The notes below the pieces were generated by a model that saw only the letters and a list, made by a program, of their open reading frames with translations, did no database searches and was not told the DNA's origin. Both the position numbers and the translations under genes were made by a program. Below are positions 1 through 14,161 of a stretch of 64,000 bases of DNA, in pieces. Each line of letters begins with the position of its first letter. The first letter of the stretch is position 1. This DNA is from Macrostomum lignano. Taxonomy: Eukaryota. Location of the stretch: assembly GCA_002269645.1 (NCBI GenBank), contig NIVC01001355.1, forward strand, positions 143,882 to 207,881, in the 5' to 3' direction.

Positions 1-1266
1 GGACACTAAAGGGCACTGAGGGACACTAAAGGGCACTGAGGGACACTAAAGGGCACTGAGGGACACTAAAGCACTGAGGGACACTAAGGGCACTGAGGGA
101 CACTAAAGGGCACTGAGGGACACTAAAGGGCACTGAGGGACACTAAAGGGCACTGAGGGACACTAAAGGGCACTGAGGGACACTAAAGGGCACTGAGGGA
201 CACTAAAGGGCACTGAGGGACACTAAAGGCACTGAGGGACACTAAAGGGCACTGAGGGACACTAAAGGGCACTGAGGGACACTAAAGGGCACTGAGGGAC
301 ACTAAAGGGCACTGAGGGACACTAAAGGCACTGAGGGACACTAAGGGCACTGAGGGACACTAAAGGGCACTGAGGGACACTAAAGGGCACTGAGGGACAC
401 TAAAGGGCACTGAGGGACACTAAAGGGCACTGAGGGACACTAAAGGGCACTGAGGGACACTAAAGGGCACTGAGGGACACTAAAGGGCACTGAGGGACAC
501 TAAAGGGCACTGAGGGACACTAAAGGGCACTGAGGGACACTAAAGGGCACTGAGGGACACTAAAGGGCACTGAGGGACACTAAAGGGCACTGAGGGACAC
601 TAAAGGGCACTGAGGGACACTAAAGGGCACTGAGGGACACTAAAGGGCACTGAGGGACACTAAAGGGCACTGAGGGACACTAAAGGGCACTGAGGGACAC
701 TAAAGGGCACTGAGGGACACTAAAGGGCACTGAGGGACACTAAAGGGCACTGAGGGACACTAAAGGGCACTGAGGGACACTAAAGGGCACTGAGGGACAC
801 TAAAGGGCACTGAGGGACACTAAAGGGCACTGAGGGACACTAAAGGGCACTGAGGGACACTAAAGGGCACTGAGGGACACTAAAGGGCACTGAGGGACAC
901 TAAAGGGCACTGAGGGACACTAAAGGGCACTGAGGGACACTAAAGGGCACTGAGGGACACTAAAGGGCACTGAGGGACACTAAAGGGCACTGAGGGACAC
1001 TAAAGGGCACTGAGGGACACTAAAGGGCACTGAGGGACACTAAAGGGCACTGAGGGACACTAAAGGGCACTGAGGGACACTAAAGGGCACTGAGGGACAC
1101 TAAAGGGCACTGAGGGACACTAAAGGGCACTGAGGGACACTAAAGGGCACTGAGGGACACTAAAGGGCACTGAGGGACACTAAAGGGCACTGAGGGACAC
1201 TAAAGGGCACTGAGGGACACTAAAGGGCACTGAGGGACACTAAAGGTCACTGAGGGACACTAAGGG
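1..1266. repeat. 20-bp tandem minisatellite (GGACACTAAAGGGCACTGAG)n, runs off the window start
   Basis: About 60 near-perfect head-to-tail copies. Confidence 0.98.
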
Positions 1267-1424
1267 AGACAGAAGGCTTATTTGCAAACTATTCCTTGGC
1301 CACCAATCGCTTGCCCTACAGGTGAACAATGCCACGGCCCGGGTGATGACAAAGAAAAAAGATTCCTCACCGAATCAGCTGAGAGGTGAGAGATGAGTAT
1401 TTGATGAATATTCTAGTCCAATTT

Positions 1425-1787
1425 ATTTTAATTTAATCTAATGTAATTCAATCTGATCCAATCTAATCTAATTCATCCTAATCTAATCTAATCCAATGCA
1501 ATCTAATCTAATTTAATCTAATCTAGTCCAATCTTATCTAATCCAATCTAAATTAATCTAATCTAACCCAACCTAATCAACCTAACCTGATCTAATTTAA
1601 TCTAATCTAATCTAATCTAGTCTAATCTAATTTGATCCAATCTAATCTAATCTAACCTAATATAATCCGATGTAATCTAATCCAATCCAATATAATCCAA
1701 TCTAATATAATCCCACCCAATCTAATCTGATATACTCTAATCTAATTTAGTCTGATCTAATCTAATCTAATCTAATACTATCTAATC
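1425..1787. repeat. degenerate (TCTAA)n microsatellite
   Basis: Repeated TCTAA/TCCAA units ending just upstream of the acceptor at 1807-1808. Confidence 0.9.
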
Positions 1788-1808
1788 TGGTCCGCCGCCT
1801 CTCCCCAG

Positions 1809-2342
1809 CCCTTCCCGGCCTCCGCAACCGTCAGTTGGCCCTGCCGCCCGCCTTCCAAGCTCTGGCGGCGGCGGCAGCAGCTGGAGGCTTCGGCGCCGGT
1901 TTGGGCGGCGCCTTCGCGCGAGTCGCCTTCCCGCCGCAGCTGCTGTATCCGCTGGCCACCTCGGCGGCACTCATCGACCCCTCGTTGGCGTTCGCGGATC
2001 CGGCACTGCTGGCCAGCCACCACCTGCAGCAGCAGCAGCAGCAGCCGGCCACCGCAGCAGCACCAGCCGCCGACACTGCCGACGCTGCCGCCGATGTCCG
2101 CCGCGGCGCAGCTGACGACCTCCCTGGCCGCGGGATTTCCGACCGCCGCCGATCAGTTCGCCGCTGCCGGCATTGCCGCCGCCGCAGCCGCCGCCAGAGA
2201 AGCTTCGGCCGCCGCGGCCGCCGCTGCCGGTCTGAACTCCGCCTACGTGAACTCAAGCCCGACTGTCTACCGGGGTGCCCAGGGTTCGCTGCAGCATCAC
2301 CATCATCATCAGCGATTCGCGCCCTACTCCAGGCCTTACTGA
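1809..2342 (+). CDS. probable terminal coding exon of an Rbfox-like RNA-binding protein, with a 1-nt frame break near 2045-2050
   Basis: Acceptor ctccccAG at 1807-1808. GC3-rich Ala/Gln low-complexity coding sequence. The second frame ends TVYRGAQGSLQHHHHHQRFAPYSRPY*, resembling the Rbfox C-terminal YRG...RF(A/T)PY PY-NLS. No RRM is in the window, so the identity is tentative. Confidence 0.5.
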   Translation, partial: PFPASATVSWPCRPPSKLWRRRQQLEASAPVWAAPSRESPSRRSCCIRWPPRRHSSTPRWRSRIRHCWPATTCSSSSSSRPPQQHQPPTLPTLPPMSAAAQLTTSLAAGFPTAADQFAAAGIAAAAAAAREASAAAAAAAGLNSAYVNSSPTVYRGAQGSLQHHHHHQRFAPYSRPY

Positions 2343-2383
2343 TCCTGATTGACCTTGGCGACTCCGCTGACTGGGTTGGCTGA

Positions 2384-3355
2384 ATTGGTGACGGAGTGAG
2401 TTGATGACGGAGTGAATTGATGACGGAGTGAGTTGATGACGGAGTGAGTTGATGACGGAGTGAGTTGATGACGGAGTGAGTTGATGACGGAGTGAGTTGA
2501 TGACGGAGTGAGTTGATGACGGAGTGAGTTGGTGACGGAGTGAGTTGGTGACGGAGTGAGTTGATGACGGAGTGAGTTGGTGACGGAGTGAGTTGGTGAC
2601 GGAGTGAGTTGATGACGGAGTGAGTTGATGACGGAGTGAGTTGGTGACGGAGTGAGTTGGTGACGGAGTGAGTTGGTGACGGAGTGAGTTGGTGACGGAG
2701 TGAGTTGATGACGGAGTGAGTTGGTGACGGAGTGAATTGATGACGGAGTGAGTTGGTGACGGAGTGAGTTGGTGACGTTGTGAGTTGGTGACGTTGTGAG
2801 TTGGTGACGTTGTGAGTTGGTGACGTTGTGAGTTGGTGACGTTGTGAGTTGGTGACGTTGTGAGTTGGTGACGTTGAGAGTTGGTGACGTTGTGAGTTAG
2901 TGACGGAGTGAGTTGGTGACGGAGTGAGTTGGTGACGGAGTGAGTTGGTGACGGAGTGAGTTGGTAACGGAGTGAGTTGGTGACGGAGTGAGTTGGTGAC
3001 GGAGTGAGTTGGTGACGGAGTGAGTTGGTGACGGAGTGAGTTGGTGACGGAGTGAGTTGGTGACGGAGTGAGTTGGTGACGGAGTGAGTTGGTAACGGAG
3101 TGAGTTGGTGACGGAGTGAGTTGGTGACGGAGTGAGTTGGTGACGTTGAGAGTTGGTGACGTTGTGAGTTAGTGACGGAGTGAGTTGGTGACGGAGTGAG
3201 TTGGTGACGGAGTGAGTTGGTGACGGAGTGAGTTGGTGACGGAGTGAGTTGGTAACGGAGTGAGTTGGTGACGGAGTGAGTTGGTGACGGAGTGAGTTGG
3301 TGACGGAGTGAGTTGGTGACGGAGTGAGTTGGTGACGGAGTGAGTTGGTGACGGA
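2384..3355. repeat. 16-bp tandem minisatellite (GGTGACGGAGTGAGTT)n
   Basis: About 60 copies with blocks of variant units (GATGACGG, GACGTTGT). Confidence 0.98.
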
Positions 3356-4238
3356 GAGAGCTTCCCTTTTCTCATTTTACGGTAATTCGGTAAAACCGCA
3401 TACATTACTTAAAAAAAACTTCTTTTCACTTTGTTTAATTCGGTTCATTGTTGAACCCTTGGCGTCTCATGAAAATGATTTTCAAAAACATTACAAAATA
3501 ACTCTCTGATAAAGTCTTTAGCCTCACACTGTAACAGACAGTATTAGTTGTGCCTAATGTACTTTGCAATTTGTGCTGTACATGCTAAGACGTGGCTCTG
3601 GCACCACAGCTCACTGACTTTGTGTTAATTAGCATGCACTGTCTGCCTAGTTGGAAAAATAAATATCGTTTACAATACCCGTACGTACAGCCAGCAGTGA
3701 TAGGCTTTTATTGCCTCATTGTTAGATTGTTTCCTTTCGAGGTTACTCACTGACTAAGCTGAGCTGTGCTGAGTTCGGCTGTGCTCACACGCTTGGGGCA
3801 AAAGCCAATTGATCCGCCAAGGAGACCAGGGAGCAGATCATGGACTGCCAGTTCCTGCTCAACCCCCACCCCTCGGGATTCTACAGTTTGTTTAATTTTG
3901 TTAAGCAAACAAGACTTTACTTTCTAAACCTTACTGATTAGTGGTCTCGTTTTTAAATCTGGATAAACTCAATTCACCTTGACGGGTGAAATGTTTAAAA
4001 ATATTGCATGCGCTCTCAGTATGATAATAGTACATTTTTGAACATGCAGATTTCAAGGGAAGAGTTTGTCAGTCCAGGTTCTGGTCCCAGGCATTCTTGG
4101 CCCCTGCTCAACCAACCGGGCAATAGCGCCCACGCACTGGACAAAAGTTGAGGTTTTTTCTCAAGCCACAACTGACTGCTTCAAACCAAGAAGTCAGCCA
4201 CTGTCCGGTCTTCAATAAAAAATAGAGGCAGAAATTTG

Positions 4239-5232
4239 ATGCAACAGCAGCAGAGCCAGCAACAACGGAAGAGATGGTACTCAAGCAGCGGAGGAGAAGC
4301 GGGTTTTTGTGACAGGTAAACTGAGATTAATTGATGGCTCGTAATGCTGACTAGCTAATGCTGACTGGCTAATGCTGACTAGCTAATACTGACTAGCTAA
4401 TGCTGACTAGCTAATGCTGACTAGCTAATTCTGACTAGCTAATGAACACTAGCTAATGAACACTAGCTAATGCTGACTAGCTAATGCTGACTAGCTAATG
4501 CTGACTAGCTAATGCTGACTAGCTAATTCTGACTAGCTAATGCTGACTAGCTAATTCTGACTAGCTAATGAACACTAGCTAATGCTGACTAGCTAATGCT
4601 GACTAGCTAATGCTGACTAGCTAATGCTGACTAGCTAATTCTGACTAGCTAATGAACACTAGCTAATGAAAACTAGCTAATGCTGACTAGCTAATGCTGA
4701 CTAGCTAATGCTGACTAGCTAATGCTGACTAGCTAATGCTGACTAGCTAATGCTGAATAGCTAATGAACACTAGCTAATACTGACTAGCTAATGCTGACT
4801 AGCTAATGCTGACTAGCTAATGCTGACTAGCTAATGAACACTAGCGAATGCTGACTAGCTAATGCTGACTAGCTAATGCTGACTGGCTAATGCTGACTAG
4901 CTAATACTGACTAGCTAATGAGCACTAGCTAATGCTGCCGAGCTAATGCTGACTAGCTAATACTGACTAGCTAATGAACACAAGCTAATGCTGACTAGCT
5001 AATGCTGACTAGCTAATGAACACTAGCTAAAGCAGAATTTCCAATCCCGCTAGCACAGAGCTGAGCACAGACAACTCGAACTCGCAGGTGCAGTCAGCTG
5101 TTCAGCGAACTCTACGAGGCCCTGCTGGATCAGCTCTGCTTCACCTGGACTCGACACCGGCAGCAAGGCAGCCGTCGGCCGAGACAACGGCGCTACAGCA
5201 GCAACTATCCCGGCGAGAACCCGGAAATTTAA
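4239..5232 (+). CDS. candidate two-exon 73-aa microprotein (exons 4239-4315 and 5088-5232)
   Basis: ATG at 4239, donor GACAG|GTAAAC, acceptor ctcgcAG|G with matching phase 2, GC3-rich second exon, TAA at 5230-5232. Product MQQQQSQQQRKRWYSSSGGEAGFCDRCSQLFSELYEALLDQLCFTWTRHRQQGSRRPRQRRYSSNYPGENPEI; no family recognised. Confidence 0.45.
4343..5030. repeat. 14-bp tandem minisatellite (CTAGCTAATGCTGA)n
   Basis: About 48 copies filling the predicted intron of the small gene. Confidence 0.97.
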
Positions 5233-5300
5233 CAAAATTATAGCTTTGTTTTCATTTAATGGCTGGCCTTTCACAATTAGGCCTGGTTTATACGCGTAGC

Positions 5301-5378
5301 AGGGGCGCCAGCATCAGGGCGCCAGCATCAGGGCGCCAGCATCAGGGGCGCCAGCATCAGGGGCGCCAGCATCAGGGG
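5301..5378. repeat. short 14-15-bp tandem repeat (GGGCGCCAGCATCAG)n
   Basis: About 5 copies. Confidence 0.85.
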
Positions 5379-6104
5379 GCCTCCCCTTGCCCCTGCCTGC
5401 GCCCTGTAAAGATGACAATTTGCATTGTATGGTTTAGCATTATCTCATTCAACCTCTAACCGCCCTGCAAGTTAAGCAGAATTGGCGCTGGTTAGTTTTA
5501 ACCTACATTAAATATGGTCTTACCTTCGGTTAGTCGTACTGTGATAGACATGGGTTTGCTGCGACCCCAACCTTTAGTGCTAAATTTTAATAGTTTTCTT
5601 TCATATGCAATGTTACAAACAATAGCGTTACTGATTTATTTGTTTAAATTGATTGATATTTTCTGTATCGGTACACTCAATGAAAAAGTAAGCACAAATA
5701 TTCTAACAAATAAATTTAATGCAATAGAAAACATTCTGAATGTCCTATACTTGATACTAAGAGTAGAATAGAGCGAATTTTTTGCTTTTACTTGACTAAT
5801 TCTTGTCTAATAAGAAAAAACTTATATACAGTTGAATATTGCAATAAATCAATCAATCGATATTGCGCTGAGCTGAGTGAACTCAACAGCTGCAATAATG
5901 AGCTGAGGAAACCCGACTCTGGTCAGCCCCGGCATTTCTTTGTGAGGCCAATCAATGGAATGAAGGCTAACGCTTGGAATTTGAGATATTCCTATTCTAA
6001 GCATCTCATAGGTATTTTAGTAATTGAATTATATTTTATAATAATCCTTATAATCCTGGACAGGCATATTGTATGTGTTCAAGGAATCGCTAGAGTCTAG
6101 ATTA

Positions 6105-6375
6105 CAGGGGTTGGCAAACTCATGGTCCGAGGGCCACATGCGCCCCGCTAGGCCTCTCTAACCGGCCCTCGGGTCCTTTAAAGCCTCACAATAGCAATCC
6201 GGCCCGCTCAGGGTCTGTGTCTCTTCTCAGCTCTCTTCTCTCTTCTCCCTCTTCTCTACCGTCTTTTCTCACCCCTCTCCTCTCTGCTCTCCTCTTCACT
6301 TCTCTATCTTCTCACTTATCTATTCTCTCATTCCGCCTCTCCTCTCCTGGCCACGGCTCTGAGAAACACCGCTCT
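6105..6375. mobile_element. hAT (Charlie-like) non-autonomous element remnant with CT-rich interior
   Basis: Starts CAGGGGTTGGCAAAC...GGGCCACATGCG, typical of hAT-Charlie termini; a matching TSD was not found. Confidence 0.45.
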
Positions 6376-7416
6376 GATGGTAAGGGCTTAGGCCATCCCC
6401 CAGTCGGATATCTTTTGCCTGGCTGTTGGGTTCCGGGTTGCGGCCCAGCGCTCTCTCGCGGACCTTAGCCCCCATTTGCTTTGCAGCGGACTATATGGGG
6501 TACTAATGTACGAATGTACTAATGTCCCTGCATGATGCTGGAACGCCAACTGAGTTTTGTACAGCTGCTCAACCGGACAAAAACCTTGCGTTGAAGTTAC
6601 TGGACAACAGGATAGTTGAGCCTCACATCTCTAAGAAAGCCGCCTCATCTACCGCTTCTGAGAAGGGTGCCGGCAACTCTGCGAATACTGCGGGGTGGGC
6701 CGAAACTCGTGCATCGGTTGCTGCCAAGCTTCTAGTGATGCAACTCCCACGGCTACGGAGGGATCCGACAGGTGCCGACAGCGTCCGGGTGATGACTGAA
6801 TGCTTGAGAGACTAGCTGGGGATGTCCAGCAGTTGTGATTTGTCCACTGTCGAGGCTTGATCAGTGAAACTGGAGAAATTTTTGCAACAGAGATGTCCAT
6901 AGTCACCTGGTGCCACCTGTTGAGGGTCCAGAAGCTCCACCTGGATGAAAGCCAGTGACCAACAAAGTCAGAGCTGATGCAGACACGTGGTGGTCGACGT
7001 GCTGATGAAATTTGGAGGCTTGGCAAGGCTGCAGTGCTGATTGGCGCACAGGGGTTGTACTGAATACACTAACGCGTATGGGAAAAATCCGACCTTCTGG
7101 CAGAATCGTTGAATATCTCGACGGTCCGAAGGACTGGCAACTTGATTCTTGTTTGAAAAATGGAGTAATAAAAAGTTTGTCCGTGTTCTTGAATTTCGTG
7201 TGACTGCGTTGCTCCGTTCCGGCGCAGCAAAAAAAACAGCTGGACCAAATCTAGGTTGGACTCCCACCTGGTCAAGATGGCCCTAAGCGGCACCGTGCTT
7301 CAAGTCCTGAAGACCAGGAGGATCAGGCCCTCCACATCCAATCCCGCCGACAGCCAGTCTGGGCAGCAGCTCCTCGAGATGCTAAAAGCCTTCGACTGGG
7401 GTTGCGGAGTTGGGTA

Positions 7417-9387
<1,971 letters not shown>

Positions 9388-9597
9388 GGAGTTGGGTAAC
9401 CTGATCATCTGCAGGGAGGATGAGGGATTACGGACGCTTCGTCACCGGGCCTGGATTCCGGCTCGAAGCGCCATCACTAACTTGAGCTGCGCCGCTCGAT
9501 CAAAAGCCATGACAAAAAGGAAAATCACTCGCCGCTACGCTTTTCAAAACCTATGACAGAATGATGCAAAATCTTAATAATAAAATTTCTGCGACAA

Positions 9598-9860
9598 GCA
9601 TCAAATCTTAATAAATGTGTCCGAGACAGACATCAAATCTTAATAAATGTGTCCTATGAAAGACATAAAATCTCAATAAGTGTGTCCGAGACAGACATCA
9701 AATCTTAAAAGGTGTGTCCGAGACAGGTATCAAATCTGAATAAAGGTGTCCGAGACGGACATCAAATCTTAAAAAGTGTGTCCGAGACAGGTATAAAATC
9801 TCAATGTGTCCGAGACAGACATCAAATCTCAATACATGTAACTGTGTCCGGGACAGGTAG
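9598..9860. repeat. ~33-bp degenerate tandem repeat (CATCAAATCTTAATAAATGTGTCCGAGACAGAC)
   Basis: About 8 diverged copies. Confidence 0.85.
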
Positions 9861-12484
9861 TTTACAGGTAGATAAGGACAGGCAAAATGGATTTGTGCCG
9901 CACCCCCGTCCATACGCCGATGGCTTTGAGAGGCTGCAACTCCGTCAATGCTCCTGATTGGCCAGGGGGACCCTTGAGCTCAAGGAGCTCAAGCTGTAAA
10001 ACTTTCACCATTGGGCAACACTAGCCAACAGGCAGACAAACAGGCGCTCTCTCAACAGGTTTCTTAACAATTCAAATTTGAGCTTCAAGAATCTGATAGT
10101 AGCTGGCAGACATTAGCTGCTGTGCGAGTATCTTAACACCTAGGCAATTAAGGTAAGTAATTATTTTGAAATTCCGAACGATTTCATTGAGACGGCTTTA
10201 CAAATAAAACTCTCCATGCACTTCAATATGATGAATATAGTTATTGCAATTTTGTCATTCTTTACCTGAGTGAATATTTTCTTTTCTGAGTATTGAATCA
10301 GAGCATACTCGTATTTTTTCTGATATGCGTTGACATTGGTATGCGTTCGATATCAAGCACAGAGACCTTGTTTTTCAATATTTAGGTTTATTTTTTGCAA
10401 AAAATCCCAAGCTAAAGGTAAAGTTCGTATGTGAGCTTCTCCCGCCACTTGACTTTCTAATCGTCAGGCATGTGTAGCTTCGTACACTTTCTGTGCCATG
10501 GAAACTGCTCAAAGGTTTGCCACCGCTCGTTTTTCATCCAAGAAGCGAACGGCGACCCTCGGCAGCCGCTGGACCACATATTCATATTCGAATATTCATT
10601 CGCTATTTAATCTATCGTATATAAAACCACAACAGCCTTGACTGTGGAATTGCTGGCTAGGGAAGCAAACAAAGAAAAGTAGCTCGTAGCTCCAGCGTCT
10701 CCGCTGCCCTCGTGCTTCTCTGCATCCCCCGGGCGTCTGAGCCCCATCAGCCCCCCTCCCCTTCCCTCAACGTAACCAACGCACACGGCTCCTTCGTCGC
10801 ATGCAGCAGCTGGCCGGCCTCCCATGAAACTCCCCGAAAAACTCTCCAAGCCCCCAATCGCCTCAGACCATGAGAATCCCGCAGCCCACCTTTCGCTACC
10901 AATATCGTCTGGCTTAAGCTGGACAACTGGCGGACTGCGGGGGCAGAGCCAGGCTTCAGCCTACTTTACTTTCATTCCGTAATCCAAACTGATTTGATCG
11001 ATTCGTTCCTCATCGTGGCCCGAATTTCCATAACCCCGCGCTTAGGCGGTGCGGCCCAGTGTTGCCGAAGAACAGCCCGCTACTTACAGCAGCCAGATCG
11101 GCAACAGGATTTGACAGATTGAACTGCTGTTCTCTTCTCCCTGACAAAGAGAACCTCAGGTTTGTTTAAAAATCGCCCCCCAACCGCTGACCAGCTGGCG
11201 AGGGCGGGAGGAAATTCCGGGAGAAACAATTCCGCTTTTTCCACCCTGTTGAGAAGAGCTCAGGCCCGCGCTTCTTCACCTTGGTGGACCATCCGCTTTG
11301 GGTGGGCATGCAGGGGGCAGGGATGAAGAATGAGCATCTCAGCTCCCTTCCTCGCTTCCTCTGTCCCACCCTCGCCTTTTCCTCCTCATTTTTCTCCTAT
11401 TCTTCTTTTGCATAGAGAGAGGGGGGAGGGGATGCGGGAGCAGGGCGGGGGCTACAAAGCAAAAAACAGCGAGAATTCTTTAGGCAAACAGCAGACGCTC
11501 TTCGCCTGCCGTCCTTCGCGCGCTCAGTTCTCTCGCCAGCCTCTCCAGCCCCTTCGCTAAATAGCTCACCGCTGCTTCACTCAACAGCCCGGCCCCCTCT
11601 TCTCAAGGCTTATAATAGGCCCTATTGATTTGCTAAGTTGCATTTCCTCTGGGGGGGGGGTGGGACACGATACCTGCTTCCACCTTGCTTTTGTCAAGTA
11701 CTCTGTCGTCATCCACCCCAGTCCCCTAGCAAGCAGGCCTGCATATTCACACCGTGCCGTCTGCATTGGATCCAAATTGTACCACCGCTCCCTCCTCCCA
11801 CCAAACCTGCAGCGGGCCTGAGACAGAGGGGCACGTGAGCTGCCGAAGAAAGAAAGTGTAGATTGGATGGCCTGGCAGGCAGACTTGAGACAGCAATGGG
11901 CTTGGCTGAGACTTGAGACAGCAATGGGCTTGGCTGAGGGGGGGCGTGGCGGGCCAGCCATCTTGGGCTGGAAAATAATGAGAAGGGAACATGCAGATTA
12001 GTACGTGCGCCCGCAATGCCTTGCCTAGGTCGATGCGTTGTTTGAACCACTTCAGGCTCCTCTTGTGCGCGCGTGTCTGTGTGACTGACTGTCGGAGTAG
12101 GGAGCGGAGCGAGAAACATGGAGATGTCGAGGTCTGTGACAATCTTGATAGCAATAACATTTTATCACTTTCAAATGATTCAACTCTGCATCAATCTTTA
12201 TAAAGTACATGATGTACTTTGCTGACACTCAATGATGCTGCTTAGTCACCCATTTCAACCAGAACAAAAGCGATTTCTTTATTAGTCATTTAAAGCGTTG
12301 CTTTATCGATTGTGTTGCAGGCTAAGCGCGCGTCTTGCCGTCTCTCTACTCAGGTGCAGCAAGTTGCGGCCAATCAGGAATATCAGAGTAACTGGTATAG
12401 CATCCACAGCGCTACTATCTAGACACAGCTAAGCGACAGGATCTTGACACAGGCAATTTCACAGAAGACTTCAAACCCAAGACA

Positions 12485-14073
12485 ATGTGGGCCTATATTC
12501 AGTCAGTGATCGAGGAGCCGCAGTCGCAGCGGAAGCTGGTCCTCATCATAGTCTGCATCGCGCTGCTACTGGACAACATGCTCTACATGGTGATCGTGCC
12601 AATCATTCCGCACTACCTGACCAACGTCACTAACGAGCTGCGCAATCGCGAGGGCTACAACGAGACGACAACCAGCAACTACACAGAGATGCGCAACCAC
12701 ACGCTGTACCATCACTACAACCACACAAGCCACCTCAGGTTTCGCTGGCTGGTGGCGGAGAACGCCGAGCCCAAGATTGGCTACCTGTTTGCCAGCAAGG
12801 CGGCCGTCCAGCTGCTTGTGAACCCCATCAGCGGGACAATCATAGATCGAATGGGCTACGACCGGCCCATGATGTTCGGCCTCTCCATTATCTGCCTGTC
12901 GACCACCGTGTTTGCGTTCGGCAAGTCCTACAATGTGATGTTCCTGGCACGCGGTCTGCAGGGCCTCGGCTCCGCGTTCGCCGACACCTCCGGCCTGGCA
13001 ATGATTGCCGACCGGTTCACCGAGGAGGCCGAGCGCACCAAGTCTCTGGGCATCGCGCTGGCCTTCATCTCGTTCGGCTCGCTGGTCGCGCCCCCGTTCG
13101 GCGGCATTCTGTATCAGTACTTCGGCAAGGAGCTGCCCTTCATGGTACTGGCGCTCATCGCTCTCATCGACGGCTGCCTGATGCTCGTTGTTATGAAACC
13201 TGTGCGAGCGGAGCGGCGCACCCAGAAGGCTATCGGAGAGCTGCCGAAGGGGACGCCGTTCCACCGACTGATACGCGATCCGTACATCGCCACCTGCGCC
13301 GGCGCCCTGGCCATGGCGAACGTCTCGCTGGCCTTCCTGGAGCCAACAATTTCAATCTGGATGCAGAAGCGGCTGAATTCCAGCAACTCCGAGCAGGGAC
13401 TTGTCTGGCTGCCCTCGTTCTTTCCCCACGTGCTCGGCGTATACAGCACGGTGTACCTGGCTAGACGCTTCCCCAAGTATCAGTGGCTGATGGCGGCCAT
13501 CGGCCTGGCCATGGAGGGCATCTCTTGCCTGTTTGTGCCATTCTGCACCGACTTCGTCTCGCTGATGATCCCGATCTGTCTGCTGTGCTACGGCATCGCC
13601 TTGATCGACACGGCCCTGCTGCCGACTCTGGCCTACGTGGTTGACCACCGCTACGCGTCCGTGTACGGCTCCGTGTACGCCATCGCGGACCTGTCCTACA
13701 GCCTGGCGTACGCAGTCGGCCCAGTGGTGGCCGGGCAGCTGGTGACCGCCATCGGATTCACCGGGATGAACATCGTCATCTTTCTTACTAACATTCTGTA
13801 CTCGCCGGTGCTCATGGTGCTGAGGAATGTCTACAAGTACGAAGGATTCGAGCCGCCGAAGGAAGGCGTCGAGGCTTTCACTGACGCTGGCGGCGGAGCC
13901 AGCGGCGGCGGTCTCGGCGGCGACGTTGGCATTCAAGCCGCGCCGACACCGCAGTACCGGACCTACATGCTCAACGGCGGCGAGGGCGGCGCTGCCAAGC
14001 CGCTGGACAGCAAAGCGTCGCCGCCTGATATGAACGCCGGTTTCGTTGCCAACTTCCCGGATGTTCAGCAGCT

Positions 14074-14123
<50 letters not shown>

Positions 14124-14161
14124 AGCAGCCGGGCTGGACGAATCGCGGGCCACTGGAGTGA
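12485..14161 (+). CDS. VAChT: vesicular acetylcholine transporter (SLC18A3/unc-17 orthologue), intronless, 558 aa
   Basis: LLDNMLYMVIVPI, ADTSGLAMIADRF, ALAFISFGSLVAPPFGG, NVSLAFLEPT, YGSVYAIADLSYSLAYAVGP are SLC18/VAChT signatures; located directly upstream of ChAT. Confidence 0.97.
14075..14122 (+). repeat. perfect (CCG)16 encoding poly-proline in the VAChT C-terminal tail
   Basis: Read directly: QQL-P16-QQPG. Confidence 0.95.

Noticed and set aside
12566-13936. Antisense ORFs of 120-232 aa over VAChT (similar ones occur over MVK, ASH2L and the LINEs)
   Set aside because: Expected shadow ORFs of GC3-rich coding sequence
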